From NCBI RefSeq assembly GCF_000181795.1, contig NW_003526948.1:71438-135437 (forward strand): a stretch of 64,000 bases of DNA. Reading direction: 5' to 3'. The notes beneath the pieces were generated by a model. That model saw nothing but the letters and a program-made list of their open reading frames with translations, did not search any database and was not told the DNA's origin. How positions within the stretch are numbered: the first letter of the stretch is position 1; the number at the start of each line of letters is the position of its first letter. The stretch is from Trichinella spiralis. Its lineage: Eukaryota. Below, in pieces: positions 56,028 to 64,000 of this stretch. The position numbers were made by a program, and so were the translations under genes.

Positions 56028-57765
56028 TAATATTTCATGCTACTTGCAACATGTGGTTTTAAATTTAAAATCTTTATTCATTTACATACAGTTAGAAATA
56101 ATTGCAAAATAAATTGCGAATAAATGTGATTGTTTCTATTTTGAATGATAATCTTACACGACATTATTCTTTTATTGTAAAATTGGGAATTTATTACACA
56201 GGCAAATTTATTGATGTGACTTTATCATTGCAAATGCTTGGAAGTTTCTGCAACTTGAACAACAATTATATTTGAAGTCAACAGTTAAAAGGAATCACGT
56301 CTTCAAAAAACAAATTTATATTTATACAATAAGTATTATAAATTGCTTTTGATGTGCATATGTTCATGTTATGCATAACTGTTTAACAAAAAATAAAGTT
56401 ATCAGACAAGTGTAAAATTCAGATTTGAAAATCAAAATAAATTAGCAAATTAGACTTTTGCAAACATGCAAATTAACTTTCGAAGTATAATCTGATAGTC
56501 AAGTAGCAGTTTGAAACATTTAAACATAAAAAAGGGATAAGCACAAAAAATTTCATTTGCACTCTTCAAATTACTTCTCTTATTTGCTCAATAATATGTG
56601 TGTCGATTCTTTGTAAAACCCATTATCTCTTTTCAAAACAAATACGAATATATTATGCAAAATTTGGTAAATACTTTCATTATTATGCATATGACACACT
56701 TTATCTTGTTAAACGAGTTCTATAAAGGTTCGAAGTAAAATTGTTGCTGCATATTAGCCGTAATATATTTGTTTGACTAATAAACCAAAACACGTTTAAG
56801 TTAAGCTGAATTTTTCGTATGAATTTTTGATAATTAATTGGAAGTTTTGATTAAAATATTGTTTTCCTTTAATTTTCCATGTTTTTTGCGTTTTAGTATG
56901 TATGCATTTAAATTTAACTTCTCTTTGTTATTCAGCTTAAAATTCTTTCTATCTAAACTTTTGATTTTTGAAGTACAATCATCTCTACTTAATGTGAAAT
57001 GTAAAGCAATTTTAATTCTTAAAATGCACATATCATTTCCTGCAATTTTTAATTAACTGAGCGTGTAGTATTCAAATTAGCAAACTACCGCATAAGCAAA
57101 CGAGCACTTGGCAGCTTAGTCAAAATCAACCAATCAAGCCAGCATCAAAACAACAAAATACGCTTAAGCGGTGGGGTTCCTTACAAACTGTGCATGGTGA
57201 TAATTTGATGATTATTTAATGTTTTAAAATTATAATATTAATATTTGTATTTTATCACTTTTATTAATTATTTAACTTTTTCATTTATTTATTATCTTTG
57301 TCTTCCTTTAATCTTATGCCTACATTACATTATTTTACAGTATGCTAAGCATTTTTTAGGTGGAACTGCGGAAGTCAAAAATGGAATGTAATTTTATTTT
57401 TTTTCCTCTTTAAACATTTACAATGAATTATTTAAATGTGTTGCGCATTTTTAATTATAACTAGCATAAGATTTTCAAGTTGAAATTTGTAACTTTATAC
57501 AGTTGCTTGCTTTGTATATATATTCATATAACGCGTGTCTGTTTGCTTTAATAAACGGTATTTTGCTTTGGCATGCCTGCGAAAAGTAATTATATATTTA
57601 ATTTTTTTGATTATACTCTATCAATATATTTCTATGCAATAAAAATGAATGCATAGCGCGTTTGTTGTAATAATTCAATTCTCAAAGTGTGCATTGAAAA
57701 AAATGCATTTTTAAGATTGATTGTAAATTTGACGGCCAAGTATGCTCAACTGGCATTAACTGACT

Positions 57766-59431
57766 ATGAAGCACAGTTGTGATGTTTGCTTTACTACAAC
57801 CGGTTATGATATTGATGAAGTAGTACTGGATTATTGGATTGCTGGATACGATGGTAACTTTGCACTGATAGTTGTTTATTAAATTGCTGATAATTCAAAA
57901 GCGTTTCAGCCCATTCCACAAGCACCCAGCTGCTCAAGTCTGTTATGTTTACAGAATTTTCAGACATAGACTATGGATGTATGCTTGCCGAAGTTGAGGA
58001 CGCATTTCGACTGTTTCAACTAACATCGAAATATATGGAATCGCCGCCTCGTCTATGCGAGCAGCGCTTACTACCCTTGACTACTCCAATGTGTGAGATG
58101 CTGATTTCAAAGTAAATGTTCGCTTTTTGTAATTTTTGGAGACAGATTTTTGGAGAATTATTTTAGATATTATGAAATTGACGATATCGTTTTGAGAGAA
58201 ATTGTTGGGAAAAAGCCATCTACTAAACTGAAAAAAGAAGCGAGTGAAATTTGTTTGAGAGCAAATATAAATTATTATAGTTGCAGACGGCAGGTGAGCT
58301 TTTCTTAGATTTCATTTATTTAGTATGCTTCGTTGATTTTCATCGATTAAAGCTGGAGAACTTTCGAAGAATATTTAAAGCAGTTGAAAATTGTAAAGGA
58401 AATCTGTTGCTGGAAATTAGGAGAAAATTTTTGCTTCCATCACGCCTTTGCAAGTGATGAATAGGTTGTTTTTGAATTGAATTGACGCATAACTTTTAAT
58501 ATCGCATAGGAGGTATGCTCTAGCCATATTTATGTGCACTTATCGATTTGAATTTCCAAGAAAAAGACTTGGATATTTATCTTTTGATGATCTATGCGTC
58601 TGTTGTATAAAGATGATAAACTGTTGGTCGAACAGGGCATTTGGTAAGTTTCGGCCAAGTTCAACAATGATTGTGTTAAAAACTGCCTATATCAGCTATT
58701 GATGTGTGCTTTTCAACTCATTATTAGAAGAAATGGAAACTGAATCAGATATATGGTTAAGTCGAGAGTTTTTGGCCAGCATTAAAGACGCGAAAATACT
58801 TTGTGAAAGAAGTACTATTGATGAGTTGAAAAAGTATGTAAATAATATAGATTATTTTTCACAAAAAGAAAAAGTGAATTGAATAACTATAAACAGATAT
58901 ATATATTTTTATTTATTTATTTTAGCAGGTTGAATCGACGACTGATTTCCGTTTTGAGTCCAGCTGCGTTTATTAATTTCAAATGCAATAGTAGAGTGAG
59001 TGTTTTCTTTTCAGTAAAATTGCTCTATTTATATTTGTGATCATTTTAAAGTCATATTGTAAAGTTGTGATAAACATTGGTATGGAATTGAGTCAAGGTA
59101 GAGAATTGCGGGATTTTTTTGTCGACATTTTTGAAAATGTAAAATTTACCTATTTTTATTTTACTTATATAGATTAATTTCAGTATTTTTTCTAGATTAT
59201 TATTCCTTGTCATGAAGGCAGGTGGACCAAAGATGATTTGCGAAAATTTTGTTTTGAATTGATGAAAGAGCTGTCGGATATGCTGCTTAAGTTGAAGTAA
59301 TTAAATAGTGAAAACATTTTTTAAATTACAGTTTAACATTGTTTACTAATTTGAGACAAGACAGCTTCTTGGTTGATATTTGGAATCGTTATCTGGACGT
59401 TTTTACAGTATGCGTCACACAGATGCTGTGA
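57766..59431 (+). CDS. FIBP: Acidic fibroblast growth factor intracellular-binding protein, about 10 small exons
   Basis: Hand-spliced in-phase product: IDEVVLDYWIAGYD..SPPRLCEQ..MLISKYYEIDDIVLREIVGKK..SCRRQLENFRRIFKAVE..FLLP..YALAIF..RFE..KRLGYLSFDDL..MINCWS..RELRDFFVDIFE..IWNRYL..ML*. It is colinear with the metazoan FIBP consensus as I recall it. Confidence 0.88.
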
Positions 59432-59552
59432 TAACTTGAAAATCTTTTCTTTTGGGGTACTTTTTACAAACAACAATGTTTCGACGATTTTTATTTTTTG
59501 AAATTAATGTTGGTAAGTTTTTGCGCAATATAAAAGTTCAGGACTGGCGTTC

Positions 59553-61033
59553 TCACGCTCTGGCATGTCTCCATTTTCCGAGAAGGCTTTTTGCAGGTTC
59601 TGGTAAGTTGGAATCTTCGACAACAGAATTCGGTTGCATATAGCAGTGATAACAAGTGCCTGGTTGGCCTGAAAGTGACAAATAAGTGCGTCACGTTTGA
59701 AAGATTTTTGTTCGTATTTACCTGGTTCTCCTTGCGGTCCCGGTGGGCCAGGTTCACCTGGTGGACCCGTTCGTCCGCGGTCACCTTGTGTTCCCCTTGG
59801 ACCTGAAATCAGTAACTGCAGTTTGTATTCAATATTTTTGCATTGTATTTTACCTGGTGGGCCAGGAGGTCCTTGGTATCCGTCTTTTCCTATAATTTCA
59901 TGTGACTGACAATTGAAAACAGTTGCTTTTTTCACAGTTTTAAATTATACCTGGAATTCCTGGATGTCCTCTTGGTCCAGGAGGCCCGACTGGTCCAGGT
60001 GGTCCTGAGATGAAAGAAAAGTTAAAAATTATTATTCAGAAAATTTCACAGAGTGAAATTACCTGGTGGAGCACCATTGATAACTCTTCCTGGTTTTCCA
60101 GGGGGACCCTTTTCACCCTGTGTTTAGTTTGGAAAAATTTTCACCCGTTCTATGCATTAAAATGTTTTTAAATGTACTCACCTGTTCTCCTGGATCACCC
60201 CTGGAAAATGTAATAATTGTATATTAATAATAAGTTTTAGTATGAAATTGAGAAAACTAACCTTTCGCCCATTATACCGTGTGGTCCTTTTCTACCTGGA
60301 AGTCCAGGTTCACCTGGTAGTCCTTTCTCACCCTGAGGACCAGTTGGTCCTTTTGGTCCAGGAAGACCTGGATCGCCTGTGATGAAGAGATAAAAGCAAA
60401 GTAATTTGAATGCTGTGGCTAAAGGTTATTTTTCTTTTGACACTTACCCGGTGGCCCAGATGGACAACGTTGGCAAGGCTCTGAAAGTTTGCATTTCAGT
60501 TAGCATTCTAAAGATGAATTCATGCAAGCACGTATTACCCATAGTTTCTTCTTCTGTAAGTAGTTTTCCATCTCGTCCTGGTTCTCCATCAATACCCGGC
60601 AATCCTGGCTCACCGTCACATCCGTCAATACCTGGAGCACCGGGAGGACCTGGTGGTCCTTGTTGGCACGTGCAACAAGTGACTTGACCATAACTGGGGG
60701 CACTGTGTTGTATGCTATTTCCATAGCCTGTATAATCAGCTGATCGGCGAGACCTAGCCAAGATCAGATCTGCATCCATTGCTTTTTCCCACAACTTTTG
60801 GGCATGGTGCTGAAAACATTGCTTTTTAGTAGTAATTGATTAGTTATTTGTTTTCATTTCAGTATTCCATTTACATGACATCGCTGTATGTCAGCGTTGA
60901 TCAGCTCACAAGTGCGTTGCGCATGCATGAAATACAATGGAATTACGACGATACAGGTAAACGTGGTGATCGTGCTAAGGAACGTTGCACTGATCAATGT
61001 CCATTTTGCTGCTGTGCATTGTGATTGAGTCAT
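59553..61033 (-). CDS. Nematode cuticle collagen
   Basis: TM segment [22 protein letters not shown], furin site [17 protein letters not shown], Gly-X-Y exons, C-terminal GTCYHC..KWRHARA*. Confidence 0.92.
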
Positions 61034-62476
61034 AGCGTTGGCGGATGAACAACCACAACTTATGGATTTGTTGTTGTTGTTGTTTGTGGTTTTATTTTCT
61101 GAATATTTCACACAAGACTGACCTGGCCTGTAGTTCGTACCGATGGACAGCGACAAGTGGTTCGTTGACTTCTTCTTCAGTTGCAGTGTCATTCACATCA
61201 CATCGTACCAGCAGGTTTTCTTGCATTGTCATTCCCAGCATACTGTGCAGTGCACTGAAGTAAAGGTATGGTTTCAATTTTAATGTTCAAACTTCCGCAT
61301 TTTTTTACAAATGCTCAACTCTGCTAGCGTTTGTAAAACTACTTCAGAGGTATGCCATTTGCGGCAACTGTTTTTCTTATTTATGTAATTGAACACAGTG
61401 GGTAATCAAATTGCTTCTATTGAGCAATGCACATATGTATTGGAAAGCGAAAAGCAAACAAAACAAAATTCATACATTTTGTAATAGCATTAGCAAAGGA
61501 GAGTGTTGATTTGAAATGTCTGCCCTTGGCAGCAATGCAAATGGCCTATTTCATTTGGTAGCTATTATTTGAATGACAAAACTTGTCAGGGGTGATATAA
61601 ATTTTCTGATGGCTCACGGCAACAAGTAAAAGGGGAGTGGCTTCGTTAGGTCGAACGTTGAACAGATCTCACTATGTGTTGGATAAATTATTTGTTCTGC
61701 TTTTCTTCAAACTGGTAAATCTTTACGTGGTGTGATAGAAATTTGAAACGGTTTTTGTACAAATTCAAGAAATGATACAAATCAACAAATTCTATTACAA
61801 ATTACTGCTTACATTGAATTCCAATTTATATTTGTTCGCAGATCTATTGAACAATCAATATCATTGATTTTGCAGTTTCTTTAAATGTATTCTGAAAGGA
61901 AATTTTTTCTATTTTGTCAGCGTATCTGGAAAGTCAGTTGAAATTGTGATTGTTGTTAAAACTTCAGAACAGTGTTTTGAATAATATCATAAGCATTCAG
62001 CCAGCCCTACCCTGTTTCTATCTATCTCAGTTTCATTATGGCAACAGATTCATTTGCAATTTGTATTGCTGTTTTATTTCTAATGTAAAAATTCTTTTAC
62101 ATGTGAGATATTGCAGTTTGTTGTGAATTTTTAAAATCATCTCTATTTATTTGTCAATTCATTCAACAAGGATGGAAGATGGCTTTTTTCAACACTGGCT
62201 AATTCATTTCAGCACAATCCTTGACAAAATGTTTTAGCATTTAAAATCCAAAAAGTCGTATATAGTCAGTATATATCATTGTGTAATCCGGTGTTATTTT
62301 TCTTGCTTTTTATGTTATTTTCATAAATAGCGATTCAAATCCATTAATTTACAAAATTAAAATTTTACTCTGTTGAAATAATGAAATAAAACAGCATACT
62401 ATATTTGAAAATTTGATTGAATATGTAGACAGATTGGGAAGTGTAAAGAAAAGGAAGAATGTAATTTGCAATGGAT

Positions 62477-63862
62477 TTAAGCTTTTTTGTATTCGAAGCC
62501 GGCTTGGGTACGGGGCGGTGGGCAGTGGTCGCATGATCCTGGTCTGCCTGGTGGACCGCGCGGGCCTGCATATTGACGAATAAATATTAGATACTAATTT
62601 TTTACATTCTTATTGCAATACAATAATAATACCTGATTTTCCCGGCAATCCAACTGGACCTTCAGGGCCGATTTCACCAGGGTCTCCAGGAGGACCGGGT
62701 GGTCCGTGGGCTCCAGCAGTTCCGTCTCTACCTGGCGGGCCAGGGGGTCCTCTTGGTCCTGTAATTTTCCTCATTATAATATGCATTTTTCTTGAGGTGC
62801 TGATGTAAAAGTTATTTTACCTGGTAGACCTGGTGATCCTGGTGGACCAGGTGGTGCAGTGTTAATAACTTTTCCTAAAGTAAGCATACATTTATTTATT
62901 TCTTCAGTTTTTTACCTCTTCAGCAATATCTCAGCTGTATATACCTGGTTCACCAGGGGGTCCTTTTTCTCCTGGTTCTCCAGGAATTCCAGGTGGTCCA
63001 GGTGGTCCTAAATTAGTCAGTTACAAGTAATGAGCTTTGGGACAGAAAGTTTTCCTTTACCTTGCGGTCCAGGACGGCCTGGGGTTCCATCAACTCCTGG
63101 TTCTCCTGGATCACCTTGCGGTCCGGGTAATCCTTTGGGTCCAGGAGGTCCTGGTGGGCCAACAGGTCCTGGTGGGCATTTTTGACACGGAGGCTGTAAA
63201 ATTATAATTGTTTTCTTCTGTTATTCAGGCATACGAATGTGCAGTAAATTACTTTTGGAGGTGGAGGAGGAAGTAAATGACCATCTCTGCCTGGGGGACC
63301 AGGATTACCAGGGCGGCCAGGAGCACCAGGACGTCCATCTCGTCCTGGTGGACCTGGTGGACCTGGGGGACCTTGTTGACAAGAGCAGCCTATAAAAGAA
63401 TAGTATTTTAAAAGTACTGTTAAGCAGTGGTGAGTTTCTCTTGTCAAAAATTACAATCTCCTGCAGGAAGAACATTAATTGATGGAATGCTTCCGTATTG
63501 ACGTTTCGCTCGAGAAAGGAACAACGGTAGACGACTAGCGGCAGCGAGTTTTGGCGCTTTGTTTATCGACAAAGCATGTAATTGTACCATTTCTTTCCAC
63601 ATATCTTTGGAGCGAGCCTGAAGTATAGTATAAACAGATGTTATAATAAATTTATATGCAAATTTTAAGAAAAAAAGAAGTAATTTCTCACTTTACAAAA
63701 GTCAACTTCGTCCTGCATGATCGTTTGTACATTTTGTACATAGTTGTACATAAGTGGCAATGTGATCACACAAGAAAGAACAGCTACGGTGCTGAAAGCA
63801 ACAGCACAAAAAGCGACTGGCCTTAAAGAACGTCTTGTAGACAGCTCACTTTGCCCATGCAT
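62477..63862 (-). CDS. Nematode cuticle collagen
   Basis: [38 protein letters not shown], furin site [14 protein letters not shown], Gly-X-Y exons, C-terminal [15 protein letters not shown]. Confidence 0.94.
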
Positions 63863-64000
63863 CTTTTCGCCGGCAACTGTGAACGTCGAGTTAGATCTGT
63901 TTGGTTGTGCTGCTTTGCCAATACTCGATGAACATGCATATATATATATGCATATAAGGGTGTGTATGTGTGTGTTTGTAGATGTACGTTTCTACAGCAG

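Overview
AT-rich, intron-dense eukaryotic DNA with many short (~50-100 nt) GT-AG introns and four nematode cuticle collagens. It is nematode genomic sequence, and gene content and style suggest a clade I species such as Trichinella (inference). There are no prokaryotic features, CRISPR arrays or recognisable transposons. Manual splicing gives about 15 protein-coding genes: a progranulin-like gene running off the left edge, a MAST kinase, a 75-aa secreted glycopeptide, PPP1R16/MYPT3-TIMAP, a BCH-RhoGAP (ARHGAP1/8 type), a degenerate YTH-domain protein, two tandem paralogous secreted Cys-repeat proteins, a Ca-channel beta subunit with two candidate first exons, four cuticle collagens, an intronless FoxF gene and FIBP. 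FIBP is entirely absent from the ORF track, and only exon 1 of the glycopeptide appears in it. The most novel-looking items are the YTH protein that lacks most of the m6A aromatic cage, the Cys-repeat paralog pair (one with and one without a Gly/aromatic tail), the orphan N-glycosylated peptide, and a possible single-granulin isoform made by intron read-through. All gene models were read by eye, without database searches or transcript data.
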